53,417 nt of DNA from Candidatus Krumholzibacteriia bacterium (GCA_046484865.1 JAWOID010000127.1:1-53417), one strand, 5' to 3'; counted from the first letter of the stretch, positions 1 through 10,497 are shown. A program made the numbers and translations. Notes: generated from the sequence alone by a model not told the origin.

Positions 1-735
<735 letters not shown>

Positions 736-780
736 TGAAACTAAACAACGGGAACAATTTGCTCCCATGCTTTGTCGCAA

Positions 781-880
781 GCAGGCCGGTTGCGGGCACG
801 ACCGGTTTCCCGGAAGCACCTTCGCCGACCGGAGGCCGGTTGCAGGCACGACCGGTTGCCCGGAAGTACCTTCACCGACC
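781..880. repeat. Two-copy 50-bp imperfect tandem repeat in the rRNA leader
   Basis: 781-830 and 831-880 match at 45 of 50 positions (gNaggccggttgcNggcacgaccggttNcccggaagNaccttcNccgacc). Confidence 0.9.
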
Positions 881-921
881 GAAAACTCGGATCTGGTTGA
901 CGGGTCGTCGCACGCTATTCT

Positions 922-934
922 GTTGTCAAAGAAC
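922..934 (-). promoter_or_regulatory. rRNA antitermination boxA-like element
   Basis: Minus strand reads GTTCTTTGACAAC, similar to boxA TGCTCTTTAACA, between the promoter and the 16S gene. Confidence 0.75.
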
Positions 935-983
935 CGGACCAGGCGATCCTGCCGCTGGTCTGTCCCCGCACTCGGGGCAAGGT

Positions 984-1012
984 ATAGTAGTCAAGGCCCT
1001 TACGGTTGTCAA
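984..1012 (-). promoter_or_regulatory. rRNA operon sigma70 promoter (proximal, P2-like)
   Basis: TTGACA (1012-1007), 17-nt spacer, TACTAT (989-984); upstream A-tract at ~1028-1033. Confidence 0.85.
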
Positions 1013-1296
1013 CCTCGGAGGCGACTCTTTTTTCGGGCCTCGACTCCGCTGCCTCGGATCCCGGATCTCGCACCGGGCGGGTGCCAGGTGCAGGAGCCGG
1101 GATCGCGGGTCCGCTTCAACCCGGTTCCGGACTCCGGGTTCCGCCCTGGACGTCGATTTCGCCCGGCTTGCGCCAGACGGACGGCGGGGTGGAAACCGGA
1201 CCCGGCCGCGGGAGCCGGAGCGCCAAGCTCCGGTTGCGAACCGGCAACCTCTTGCCGGCCTCGGTGTTCAGAGCACCTGACCGGCAACGGCGGCGC

Positions 1297-1325
1297 AATG
1301 TAAGCCCGGCGCGGTTCCGAGTCAA
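1297..1325 (-). promoter_or_regulatory. rRNA operon sigma70 promoter (distal, P1-like)
   Basis: TTGACT (1325-1320), 17-nt spacer, TACATT (1302-1297); AT-rich tracts upstream (1330-1355). Confidence 0.7.
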
Positions 1326-1433
1326 ACCCAAAAACGGCACGCGAATCATTTTTTTCCGGCGGTGATGCCGGAGCAGCGTCGCGGCGGCCTCGCGCTTGCT
1401 CGGGGGTGGACGGAGACGTACCATGGAGGCGCC

Positions 1434-3572
1434 ATGCGCGGACTTCTGAACCGGACCATCCCCCGCCGCTGGGTGCGGCGCATCCTCCTCGCCCTGGGCG
1501 TGGCGTTCGCGGCTGCCCTCGGCGGGTCGCTGCTCGGCGCGCACCTGCTGTCCCAGGATCTGCCCTCGCTGGCCGCCCTGCAGAGCATCTCGCCATCGCG
1601 CAAGACGGTCATCTTCGCCGCGGACGGCGACACGCTGCGCGAGTTCTATACCGAGAACCGGACTCTCGTGCCCGTCGAGCGGATCCCGCTCTCCCTGCAG
1701 CAGGCGGTGGTGGCCACCGAGGATCGCCGCTTCTACGACCACTACGGGATCGACCTGCGGCGGGTGGTCCGGGTGATCTGGGACAACCTCGCGAGCAGTT
1801 CTCGGCCGGGCGCCAGCACGCTCACCATGCAGCTCGCCCGCAACGTGTTCCCGCGCCTGCTGCCGAGCGAGAAACTGGTCACCCGCAAGCTCCGGGAGAT
1901 GATCGTCGCGGTGCAGATCGAGCAGATCTACACCAAGGACGAGATCCTCGAGATGTATCTCAACCAGATCTACCTGGGACAGGGCACCTACGGCATGCAG
2001 GCGGCGGCACGCGCGTTCTTCGGCAAGGACGTGTGGGAACTGGAGCCCGCGGAGACGACGATGCTCGCGGGCGTCATCCAGTTGCCGGAGCGCTACTCCC
2101 CCGCGCGGCACCTGGACCGCGCCTATCGGCGGCGAGCCGTGGTGCTGTCGGCGATGGTGAGCGCCGGGTACCTGAGCCGGGCGGAGGCCGAGTCCATCGG
2201 TGCCGTCGAGGTCGTGGTGGTGCCCGGCGGCAAGGTCGACCTGGACGCGGGGTTCGCGGCGCACTTCGTCGAGGAGGTGCGCCGGGACCTGGAGCGGCGG
2301 TTCGGCGCCGAGCGTCTCTACTCGGAGGGCTTGCGGGTCTGGACCACCCTGGTGCCGCGCTACCAGCGCTGGATGGAGGAGGCGCTGGAGGAGCACCTCG
2401 CCGAGGTGGAGGTCGAGCGCCGCTACCCGCTGACCCGCGCCGGCCACGACAGTCTGGTGATCGCGGAGGACCCACCGGCCGGCATCGACTATCTCCAGGG
2501 GGCGGCACTCCTCCATGATGTGCGCACCGGCGCGGTCCTGGGCATGGTGGGCGGACGCTCGTTCGCGGATTCCAAGTGGAACAACACCACCCAGGCGCGG
2601 CGGCAGCCCGGCTCCATCTTCAAGCCTCTGGTCTACCTGACCGCCCTCCAGCAGGGTTACCATCCGGCGTCCATCCTGATGGACACCCCCTTCGTGGTGG
2701 ACACCGGGGTGAGCCTGTGGCGCCCCAAGAACTTCGGCGGCAAGTTCGAGGGTCCGATGACGCTGCGGTACGCGCTGAGCCGCTCGGTGAACATGCCGAC
2801 GGCGAAGCTGTACCTCGACTTCGGCCTGCAGCCGCTCCTCGACAACGCCCGGCAGCTCGGGATCCAGTCGGTACTGCCGCCGGTGCCGGCGCTCTTCCTC
2901 GGCGCCGGGGAGGTCACGCTGCAGGAGGTGGTGAGCGCCTATTCAGTGTTCGCCAACCACGGCGTCTGGACCCGGCCGCACCTGCTGACCCGCGTCGAGA
3001 GCGCCAGCGGCGAGGTCCTCTACGAGGCGCGCATCGAGCAGCGGGAAGTGCTTGACCCGGCGCTGGCGTACCTGATGACCGATCTCATGCAGACCACCAT
3101 CGACGCGGGCACCGGTCGCGGCGCCCGCTGGCGCGGGTTCACCAAGACCGGCGCCGGCAAGACGGGCACCACCAACGACAACACCAACGCCTGGTTCTGC
3201 GGCTTCACGCCGAGCTTCTGCGGCGGGGTCTGGGTGGGATTCGACGACGCGAAGGGCATGGGCACCGGCGCCACCGGCGCCCGCATGGCCCTGCCGATCT
3301 GGGCCCGCTTCATGGGCAAGATCGCCGACGAGAAGGGCGAGGAACCCTTCGTGCGCCCGCCCTCGATCCAGCAGAAGCGCGTCTGCCTGGAGACCGGGAT
3401 GCTCGCCACCAGCGGTTGCGACTCCACGGCGATGGAGGTCTTCCTCCCGACGGTCATGCCGCACCAGCTGTGCGACCGCCACGGCGGCGAGCTCGACATC
3501 TCGGGTTTCGACCGTGGCTTCGAGGCCCTGGACCAGCCGCGCCGCGAGAGCAGCGACTGGGACGAGTTCTGA
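1434..3572 (+). CDS. mrcA: Class A penicillin-binding protein (PBP1A family transglycosylase/transpeptidase)
   Basis: N-terminal TM anchor; GT51 motifs EDRRFYDHYG, GASTLTMQL, RKLRE, KDEILEMYLN; transpeptidase SIFK, SVN and KTG; GGAGG RBS before ATG 1434. Confidence 0.93.
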   Translation: MRGLLNRTIPRRWVRRILLALGVAFAAALGGSLLGAHLLSQDLPSLAALQSISPSRKTVIFAADGDTLREFYTENRTLVPVERIPLSLQQAVVATEDRRFYDHYGIDLRRVVRVIWDNLASSSRPGASTLTMQLARNVFPRLLPSEKLVTRKLREMIVAVQIEQIYTKDEILEMYLNQIYLGQGTYGMQAAARAFFGKDVWELEPAETTMLAGVIQLPERYSPARHLDRAYRRRAVVLSAMVSAGYLSRAEAESIGAVEVVVVPGGKVDLDAGFAAHFVEEVRRDLERRFGAERLYSEGLRVWTTLVPRYQRWMEEALEEHLAEVEVERRYPLTRAGHDSLVIAEDPPAGIDYLQGAALLHDVRTGAVLGMVGGRSFADSKWNNTTQARRQPGSIFKPLVYLTALQQGYHPASILMDTPFVVDTGVSLWRPKNFGGKFEGPMTLRYALSRSVNMPTAKLYLDFGLQPLLDNARQLGIQSVLPPVPALFLGAGEVTLQEVVSAYSVFANHGVWTRPHLLTRVESASGEVLYEARIEQREVLDPALAYLMTDLMQTTIDAGTGRGARWRGFTKTGAGKTGTTNDNTNAWFCGFTPSFCGGVWVGFDDAKGMGTGATGARMALPIWARFMGKIADEKGEEPFVRPPSIQQKRVCLETGMLATSGCDSTAMEVFLPTVMPHQLCDRHGGELDISGFDRGFEALDQPRRESSDWDEF

Positions 3573-3643
3573 GCCTCGACGGCTTCCGGCCGCGCGAGCG
3601 GCCGTCGTCAGGCTAACCGGATTATTCATGAGCGGCCGTAGGG

Positions 3644-4981
3644 TCAAGGCAACCGGTCGATGATGAGCGGCCGCGCGCCGGCGGCCTCCGGCCCGACCGT
3701 GATGGCGGCCGCCGCGCGCCGCCCCGCAGCCGCAGCGCTCTGCGCGTCCCGGGCGTGGACCCGCACCAGCGACTGACCGGCCTCGACGCGCTCGCCCACC
3801 CGCACCAGAACGCTCAGCCCGGTGGCGAGATCGAGCCGGTCCTCCACGCGCCGGCGGGCGCCCCGCACCTCCACGAGGGCCTCGCCCAGGGCCCGGCAGT
3901 CCATCCGCTGCACCCAGCCGGACGCCGCGGCCACCGCCTCGTGGCGCACGGGAGCGATCTCCAGGCCCAGGTCGTCCCGGTCCGGATCGAGCCGACCGCC
4001 CTGAGCCGCCACCCAGCGCAGCATCGCGTCGAACGCCGCGCCGCTCTCCCAGGCCTGGCGCACCAGCGCCAGGGCTGCGTTCTGATCGGGCGCCACGCCG
4101 GCCGTCGCCACCATGGCCGCGGTCAGCTCGTCGGTGAGTTCCACCAGGTCCGCCGGGGCAGAGGCGCGACCGCCCGGACGGAGGGCCGCGAAGGCCTCGT
4201 GCGCCTCGAGGGCGTGCCCGACGGCGCGACCGAGGGGTTGGTCCATGTCGGAGAAGATCACGGCCATGCGCCGCCCCCAGCGTTCCCCGGTCGCCACCAG
4301 CGACCGTGCCAGCTCCCGCGCCGACGCCAGGTCGCGCATGAACGCACCACCGCCGGTCTTCAGATCGATGACGATCGTCTCCGGCCCCGCCGCCAGCTTC
4401 TTCGACATGATGGAGGCGGTGATCAGGGGCACGCAGTCGACCGTGCCGGTGACGTCGCGCAGGGCGTAGATCCGCCCGTCGGCGGGCGCGATGCCGCCGC
4501 TCTGTCCGACGATGGCGCAGCCTGTCCGCCGCACGATGTCGAGAAACTCGTCGTTGTCGAGGCGGATGCGGTAACCGGGCACGGACTCCAGCTTGTCGAG
4601 CGTGCCGCCCGTGTGGCCGAGGCCGCGTCCCGACAGCATGGGCACGCGCAGGCCGCAGGCGGCCGCGAGCGGCGCCAGCAGCAGCGAGACCTTGTCACCC
4701 ACGCCGCCGGTGCTGTGCTTGTCCGCGGTGGGGCCGCCGAGATCCCGGGTGTCGAGCTGTTCGCCGGAGCCGAGCATCGCGTCGGTGAGTGCGGCGGTCT
4801 CCGACGCGGTCATGCCCTGGAACCAGACGGCCATGAGCCAGGCCGCCATCTGGTAGTCCGGTACGCTGCCGTCGGTGTAGCCGGCCACGAGCGCGGCGAT
4901 GCTCGCGTCCGGCAGCTCGTCGCCGCGCTTCTTCGCCTCGATGATCGACAGGACGTCCAGGCCGCGGGGGCTGGGGTTCAT
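3644..4981 (-). CDS. pdp: Thymidine/pyrimidine-nucleoside phosphorylase
   Basis: IIEAKKRG, DYQMAAWLMA, DKHSTGGVGDK, SGRGLGHTGGTLDKLES, SIMSKK. Start ATG 4981 overlaps the upstream stop (ATGA). Confidence 0.95.
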   Translation of the reverse strand: MNPSPRGLDVLSIIEAKKRGDELPDASIAALVAGYTDGSVPDYQMAAWLMAVWFQGMTASETAALTDAMLGSGEQLDTRDLGGPTADKHSTGGVGDKVSLLLAPLAAACGLRVPMLSGRGLGHTGGTLDKLESVPGYRIRLDNDEFLDIVRRTGCAIVGQSGGIAPADGRIYALRDVTGTVDCVPLITASIMSKKLAAGPETIVIDLKTGGGAFMRDLASARELARSLVATGERWGRRMAVIFSDMDQPLGRAVGHALEAHEAFAALRPGGRASAPADLVELTDELTAAMVATAGVAPDQNAALALVRQAWESGAAFDAMLRWVAAQGGRLDPDRDDLGLEIAPVRHEAVAAASGWVQRMDCRALGEALVEVRGARRRVEDRLDLATGLSVLVRVGERVEAGQSLVRVHARDAQSAAAAGRRAAAAITVGPEAAGARPLIIDRLP

Positions 4982-6660
4982 CGGTCCGTCTCTCCCTCCG
5001 GAGCCCGCGGGCACCCCGGGATGGCGGTGAAGGCCTCGGGCAGCAGTTCGCTCAGGCGGAAGCGGCGCACCGGTCCTGCGGCGCCTCGTTCGCCGGCCAG
5101 CAGGACGGTGAGGTCGCGGCCGAACTCCACCAGGACCTGGCGGCACGCGCCGCAGGGCGGCGTCGGGGGCTTCCCGTCGGCACAGATGGCGATCGCCTCG
5201 AAGCGCGTCTCGCCGTCGGCCACGGCCCGCGCCACCGCGTTGCGCTCGGCGCAGAGCGTCAGGCCGAAGCTCGCGTTCTCCACGTTGGTCCCCACGTACA
5301 CCCGGCCGTCGGCGCCCAGCAGCGCGGCGCCCACCCGGAAGCCCGAGTAGGGGCTGTAGCTCTGCTCGCGCACCTCGCAGGCGGCGCTGACCAGGAGCGC
5401 GTAGCTCGGTCCGCCCGGGGCGTCGCGGCGTACCTCGTCCGCCATGTCCGGTGCGCCGCCCGGGCCGACGGAAGCCTCGCCAGAGGCGGTCCGTAGATCG
5501 CCCAGGAAGCTCGTGCCGGCCGGCGGCGTCGGTGCGCCGAAGAACTCCGCCAGGGTGGCGCCCACGTCCGCGAACGTGCCGCGCACACCCAGGTCCGTGC
5601 CGGGCGACGCGCCGCCCAGCTTCGCCAGCAGCGGCACGTACTCGCGGGCGTGGTCGGTGCTCGGGGTCGTCGGATCGTTGCCGTGGTCCGCGGTGATCAG
5701 GAGCAGATCGTCGGCCGCCAGCCCCGGCAGGAATCCGCCCAGCCAGCCGTCGAATTCCTCGATCCCCCGACGCATTCCCTGCGGATCGTTGCGGTGCCCC
5801 CACAGCATGTCGAAGTCGACGAGGTTGAGCATCACCAGCTCGGGACCCGCGGCCGGCGACCCGCAGATCTCCGCCAGTCGCCGCATGCCCTCGGGATTGC
5901 TCCTGGACGGCACGTGCCGGTCGATGCCCGCACCGGCGAAGAGGTCGCGGATCTTGCCCACCGCAGTCACCGCGACCCCCGCTTCCTGCAGCGCGCACAG
6001 CACCAGCTCCGGGGGCGGCTCCACCGAGAAGTCGCGCCGGTTGGGCGTGCGCGCATAGGCGCCGGCCACACCGGTGAACGGGCGCGCGATGACCCGGCTC
6101 ACCTGGTGCGGCGGCACCAGGGCGGCGCGCATCGCGACGCAGATGCGATACAGTTCGTCGAGCGCGATCACGTCCTCGTGAGCCGCGATCTGGAAGACGG
6201 AGTCGGCCGACGTGTAGACGATCGGCCGGCCGGTTCGCACGTGTTCGTCGCCGAGGCGGGCGATGATCTCGGTGCCGCTGGCCACCTCGTTGCCGAGGGC
6301 CTGCCGGCCGGCGATCTCCTCGAACCGGGCCATCAGCTCGGGCGGGAATCCGTGCGGGTAGGTGGGGAACGGGCGTTCGGTGACCACCCCCATCAACTCC
6401 CAGTGGCCGGTCGTGGAGTCCTTGCCGGCGGAGACCTCCGCCATGCGGCCGTAGCAGGCGGCGGGCTCCGGCACCGCGGGAACTCCGTGGATGCGATGCA
6501 GGTTGCCGAGTCCCAGCTCCTGAAGGACGGGCACGTTCAGCCCGCCGACCGCGCGCGCCGTGTTACCCAGCGTGTCGCTGCCGGTGTCGCCATACCGGCC
6601 GGCGTCGGGCAGTTCGCCCACGCCCAGGCCGTCGAGGATGATGAGTATCGCCCGCGCCAT
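4978..6660 (-). CDS. deoB: Phosphopentomutase fused in frame to cytidine deaminase
   Basis: N-terminal ~390 aa has ILDGLGVGELPDA, GKDSTTGHWE, YTSADSVFQIAAHE, DFDMLWGHRND, TADHGNDP, TDHAREYVP. C-terminal ~150 aa has YSPYSGFRVGAA, NVENAS, CAER, PCGACRQ (Cdd). No stop between them. Confidence 0.92.
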   Translation of the reverse strand: MARAILIILDGLGVGELPDAGRYGDTGSDTLGNTARAVGGLNVPVLQELGLGNLHRIHGVPAVPEPAACYGRMAEVSAGKDSTTGHWELMGVVTERPFPTYPHGFPPELMARFEEIAGRQALGNEVASGTEIIARLGDEHVRTGRPIVYTSADSVFQIAAHEDVIALDELYRICVAMRAALVPPHQVSRVIARPFTGVAGAYARTPNRRDFSVEPPPELVLCALQEAGVAVTAVGKIRDLFAGAGIDRHVPSRSNPEGMRRLAEICGSPAAGPELVMLNLVDFDMLWGHRNDPQGMRRGIEEFDGWLGGFLPGLAADDLLLITADHGNDPTTPSTDHAREYVPLLAKLGGASPGTDLGVRGTFADVGATLAEFFGAPTPPAGTSFLGDLRTASGEASVGPGGAPDMADEVRRDAPGGPSYALLVSAACEVREQSYSPYSGFRVGAALLGADGRVYVGTNVENASFGLTLCAERNAVARAVADGETRFEAIAICADGKPPTPPCGACRQVLVEFGRDLTVLLAGERGAAGPVRRFRLSELLPEAFTAIPGCPRAPEGETDR

Positions 6661-6704
6661 GAGTTCCTCCCGGGACCGCCGCCCGCGTGCACCACCCGGT
6701 AGCG

Positions 6705-6733
6705 ATGGTAAGGTCCGGTCTCCGGGCGGTCAA
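6705..6733 (-). promoter_or_regulatory. sigma70-like promoter for deoB-cdd/pdp
   Basis: TTGACC (6733-6728), 17 nt, TACCAT (6710-6705). Confidence 0.65.
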
Positions 6734-6755
6734 CGCCGTCCCGTCGCGGTTGCGC

Positions 6756-6783
6756 TTGTCAGGAGCGCCGTCCGCATTAGAAT
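6756..6783 (+). promoter_or_regulatory. sigma70-like promoter for rarA-pfkA
   Basis: TTGTCA (6756-6761), 16 nt, TAGAAT (6778-6783), ending 6 nt before the rarA ATG. Confidence 0.65.
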
Positions 6784-6789
6784 GGCCGC

Positions 6790-8289
6790 ATGAACGGCAA
6801 CCTCTTCCCCACGGACGACACCGAACCGCGATCGCCCCCCCCGCCGACCGCCGGCAATCACCCGGAGGGGCCGCGGCCGCTGGCCGATCGCATGCGACCG
6901 CGCGACCTCGACGAGGTGGTGGGCCAGGACCACCTCCTGGCGCCCGGCGGACCGCTGCGGGGTCTCGTCGATGCCGGCCGGCTGGGTTCCCTGCTCTTCT
7001 GGGGCCCGCCGGGGTGCGGCAAGACGACGCTCGCCCGGCTGCTCGCCGGCCGCGGCGGCGCGCGCTTCCTCGAGTACAGCGCCGTCGCCGTGGGGGCCAA
7101 GGAGCTGAAGGAGGTCATGCGCGAGGCCGAGAAGCTGCTCCAGGTCACCGGCCGGCGCACCCTGCTGTTCCTCGACGAGATCCACCGCTTCAACAAGGCC
7201 CAGCAGGACGCCCTCCTGCCGTGGGTGGAGCGCGGCGACGTGGTGCTCGTCGGCGCCACGACCGAGAATCCGTCGTTCGAGCTGAACTCGGCCCTGCTGT
7301 CGCGGCTGCGGCTGTTCGTGTTGCGGCCCCTGCGTCCGGCGGACGTGCGGGTGCTGCTGGACCGCGCCCTGGCCGCACCGCACGGACTGGCCCCCCTCGG
7401 GGTCCGGTTCACCGAGCCCGCCCTCGACGCCCTGGCCGAGGTCAGCGAGGGCGACGCCCGCCTGGCCCTCGGCTTGCTGGAGTCGGTGACGGCGGTGGCC
7501 GCCGAGCGACGGGCCGAGAGCGCCCGCGACGACGCCGGCGACGATCGCCGGGATACCGGCAGCGGCCGCGCGAGCGGCGCCGTGCAGGACGACTCCGGCG
7601 AGCCGGACGGCGCCACGGTTCGCGCCGGCAGCGCCGGACCGGTGGACGTGGACGAGCTGGCCGAGCTGGTCCAGCATCGGGCGGTGCGCTACGACAAGGC
7701 GGGCGAGGAACACTTCAACCTGATCTCGGCCCTGCACAAGTCGCTGCGCAACAGCGATCCCGACGCCGGTGCGTACTGGCTCACCCGCGTGCTCGAGGGC
7801 GGCGAGGACCCCCTCTACGTCGCCCGCCGGCTGGTCCGCTTCGCCAGCGAGGACGTCGGTCTGGCCGATCCGCAGGCTCTGGTGCAGGCGCTGGCGGCCC
7901 GCGACGCGGTGCACTTCATCGGGCTGCCCGAGGGCGCGCTGGCGCTGATGCAGGCGGTGATCTACCTGGCGCTCGCACCCAAGAGCAACGCCCTGTACCT
8001 CGCCGCGCGGGAGACCGCCGCCGAGGTGCGGCAGGGACGGAACCCGCCGGTCCCGCTGCACCTGCGCAACGCCCCCACGCGACTCATGCGAGAGGTGGGC
8101 TACGGGGACGGCTACGTGTACGCGCACGACACGCCGGCAGGGATCGCGGCCATGTCCTGCCTGCCGCAGGAGCTGGAGAGCCGGCGCTTCTACCGGCCCG
8201 GACGCCGGGGATTCGAGCAGGAACTCGCGCGCCGGCTGGAAGCCATCGCAACCTGGCGCCGCCGTCGCCAGCAGGACGGGGCGGATTGA
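6790..8289 (+). CDS. rarA: Replication-associated recombination protein A (RarA/MgsA AAA+ ATPase)
   Basis: PLADRMRP, GPPGCGKTT, LDEIHRFNKAQQD, GATTENPSF, HFNLISALHKS, ASEDVGLADP, PKSNA, PLHLRNAPT. Confidence 0.96.
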   Translation: MNGNLFPTDDTEPRSPPPPTAGNHPEGPRPLADRMRPRDLDEVVGQDHLLAPGGPLRGLVDAGRLGSLLFWGPPGCGKTTLARLLAGRGGARFLEYSAVAVGAKELKEVMREAEKLLQVTGRRTLLFLDEIHRFNKAQQDALLPWVERGDVVLVGATTENPSFELNSALLSRLRLFVLRPLRPADVRVLLDRALAAPHGLAPLGVRFTEPALDALAEVSEGDARLALGLLESVTAVAAERRAESARDDAGDDRRDTGSGRASGAVQDDSGEPDGATVRAGSAGPVDVDELAELVQHRAVRYDKAGEEHFNLISALHKSLRNSDPDAGAYWLTRVLEGGEDPLYVARRLVRFASEDVGLADPQALVQALAARDAVHFIGLPEGALALMQAVIYLALAPKSNALYLAARETAAEVRQGRNPPVPLHLRNAPTRLMREVGYGDGYVYAHDTPAGIAAMSCLPQELESRRFYRPGRRGFEQELARRLEAIATWRRRRQQDGAD

Positions 8290-8313
8290 CCGCTCCGCTC
8301 GGGGAGGATCGCC

Positions 8314-9273
8314 ATGAAGAGGATCGGAGTGCTCACCGGAGGCGGCGACGCCGCCGGCATGAATGCCGCGGTGCGTGCAGCGGTGCGGACCGCGCATGCC
8401 CGCGGCCTCGAGGTCCTCGGCATCCGGCGCGGGTGGCGCGGCCTGTCCGAGGGCGATGCCGAGGTGCTCACGCCCGGCAGCGTGGGCGGCATCATGCATC
8501 TGGGCGGCACGGTCCTGCGGACGTTCCGCTTCCCCGAGTTCGCCTCTTCGGAGGGCGACGAGACGATGCGCCAGGCGCTGAAGGAACTGCGACTGGACGG
8601 CCTGGTGGTGATCGGCGGGGACGGCAGCTTCCGGGGCGGCGAGAAGCTCGGTCGCGAGTTCGGCGTGCCGAGCGTGGGAGTGCCTGCCACCATCGACAAT
8701 GACATTCCTGGCACCGACATGTCGATCGGCTTCGACACCGCCCTGAACATCGCCGTCGACGCGGTGGACAAGATCCGCGACACCGCGACCAGCCACGGCC
8801 GCATCTTCGTCGTGGAGGTGATGGGTCGCGAGTACGGGTTGCTGGCGGTGCAGGTGGCCCTCACCACCGGCGCCGAGGAGGCGCTGGTGCCGGAGATCCC
8901 TTACGACATCGACGAGGTGTGCCGGCGCATCGACGCGGGCTACGACCGCGGGAAGAAGCACGCGATCATCATCGTGGCCGAAGGAGCAGGAAAGGCACCC
9001 CACATCTCGTACGAGATCAAGAACCGCCTGAACCGCGACGTGCGCATGGCCGTCCTCGGCCACGTGCAGCGCGGCGGCTCCCCCACCGGATTCGATCGCA
9101 TCCTCGCCACGCGCCTGGCGTACGAGGCCACCGAGAGGCTCGCCGCGGGCGAGCACGGGGTGATGGTCGGCGTGCAATCGAACCGCGTCCGCACCTCGCC
9201 GCTGGCTCGCCGCACCGTGCGAGACGCCAAGCGGGTGCAGTCGGCGGCCGACCTGCTGCGCGTGCTCACCTAG
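8314..9273 (+). CDS. pfkA: ATP-dependent 6-phosphofructokinase
   Basis: LTGGGDAAGMNAA, IGGDGS, TIDNDI, GFDTA, VEVMGR, LGHVQRGG; GGAGG RBS. Confidence 0.96.
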   Translation: MKRIGVLTGGGDAAGMNAAVRAAVRTAHARGLEVLGIRRGWRGLSEGDAEVLTPGSVGGIMHLGGTVLRTFRFPEFASSEGDETMRQALKELRLDGLVVIGGDGSFRGGEKLGREFGVPSVGVPATIDNDIPGTDMSIGFDTALNIAVDAVDKIRDTATSHGRIFVVEVMGREYGLLAVQVALTTGAEEALVPEIPYDIDEVCRRIDAGYDRGKKHAIIIVAEGAGKAPHISYEIKNRLNRDVRMAVLGHVQRGGSPTGFDRILATRLAYEATERLAAGEHGVMVGVQSNRVRTSPLARRTVRDAKRVQSAADLLRVLT

Positions 9274-9331
9274 GTCGAACGTTTCCCGCGGCGGCGGCGG
9301 CGCCGCCGCTGGCCGCACCCGCCGGAACGAG

Positions 9332-9365
9332 ACGAGGCTCCCGCGTCGGATCGCGGGAGCCTCGT
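9332..9365. terminator. Perfect 14-bp hairpin between convergent genes (probable bidirectional terminator)
   Basis: acgaggctcccgcg / tcggat / cgcgggagcctcgt; no strong U-tract. Confidence 0.6.
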
Positions 9366-9413
9366 GACGTGCGGCCGCCGCCGGGTCGTGCCGGCGGATC
9401 GACCCGGCTGCGC

Positions 9414-10286
9414 TCAGGTCTGCGGCGAACCCGCGATGAACGTGTTGCCGAAGCGGAACCAGTTGATCCTCATCGTACCCACGACATGCCCGAGATCCGG
9501 GTACTCCTGCCTGCGGTCGCGGTAGTCGAACATCTTCTTCATGGCGAAGGAGCCGACCAGCGGATAGTCCATCTCCCGCATCATCTGGAGCATCCAGTGC
9601 GCTCCGGGACTGACGTCCTCGATGAGCAGCGTGGCGTCGTCGAAGACCGCATACCAGGCCATGTCATCGGCCGTGGGGTTCGCCCGCACCGAGTCGGGAA
9701 GATCGGGCCGCGGCGCCCAGACGAACCGCTCGATGCCGGTCTGGATGTCCTTCAGCTCGTCGGAGTCCTCTTCGGGAAGGAACGGCTCCATGGTCCGCGA
9801 GTGCCGCCACTCGATATCCGGCAGGGCCGCGCCCGGGGTCTCCAGATCCACCTCGCCGGAGCGCAGGCGCCTCGGCAGCACGTAGTCCGGACGAGGCAGA
9901 CTGTCCTCGACCACGACGCCGTCGCGCTTGATCCTCTGCAGCACCAGGTGCGTGGGCTCCGGCGTGAACGTCTTGCGCACGCCGATCAAGGCGCCGCGGA
10001 GGGACGGGTAGCGATTCTCGAGGTCGTCGCCGACGAGGAACTCCAGACGATTGCCCTCGCGGATCAGTGCCACGTTGTCCCGCACGTACTCGAACTGCGG
10101 TGCGTCGATCTCGAAGAGGAAGCCGACGCTCAAGGTGTCGCCCCCCATCACCGCGCTCAGCGGCGCGTAGACGTAGGGGTCGACCTGCTCCTCCTCTCCG
10201 CAGCCGGAGAGCAGGGCCAGCGACGCGGTGGCGGCGACGGCGGTGACGAACAACGCCCAGCGGCGCGCGGAAACGGCACGGGACAT
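9414..10286 (-). CDS. Hypothetical lipoprotein
   Basis: Basic N-terminus, hydrophobic stretch and lipobox LLSGC; GGGAGG RBS; globular composition; no family recognised. Confidence 0.8.
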   Translation of the reverse strand: MSRAVSARRWALFVTAVAATASLALLSGCGEEEQVDPYVYAPLSAVMGGDTLSVGFLFEIDAPQFEYVRDNVALIREGNRLEFLVGDDLENRYPSLRGALIGVRKTFTPEPTHLVLQRIKRDGVVVEDSLPRPDYVLPRRLRSGEVDLETPGAALPDIEWRHSRTMEPFLPEEDSDELKDIQTGIERFVWAPRPDLPDSVRANPTADDMAWYAVFDDATLLIEDVSPGAHWMLQMMREMDYPLVGSFAMKKMFDYRDRRQEYPDLGHVVGTMRINWFRFGNTFIAGSPQT

Positions 10287-10497
10287 GAAGCAACCTCCCT
10301 TGGAACCAGCGGCTATCCTGCAGGTAGGGCGCAGGATCCGTTCTTACGAGCGGCGGTCCGGTCCGCCTCCGACGCGCGATGTCGAGCACCGCTCCGGATG
10401 GCCTCGACGACGGGCCGTGAACATGATGCGACCATGAAATTGGGGTCTGCGCGCACAGAATGCAAGCCGCTTCATTGCGCTCGGCGGGTACGCCGGC

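Noticed and set aside
781..880. 50-bp repeat as a CRISPR array
   Set aside because: Only two adjacent copies, no spacers and no cas genes in the window.
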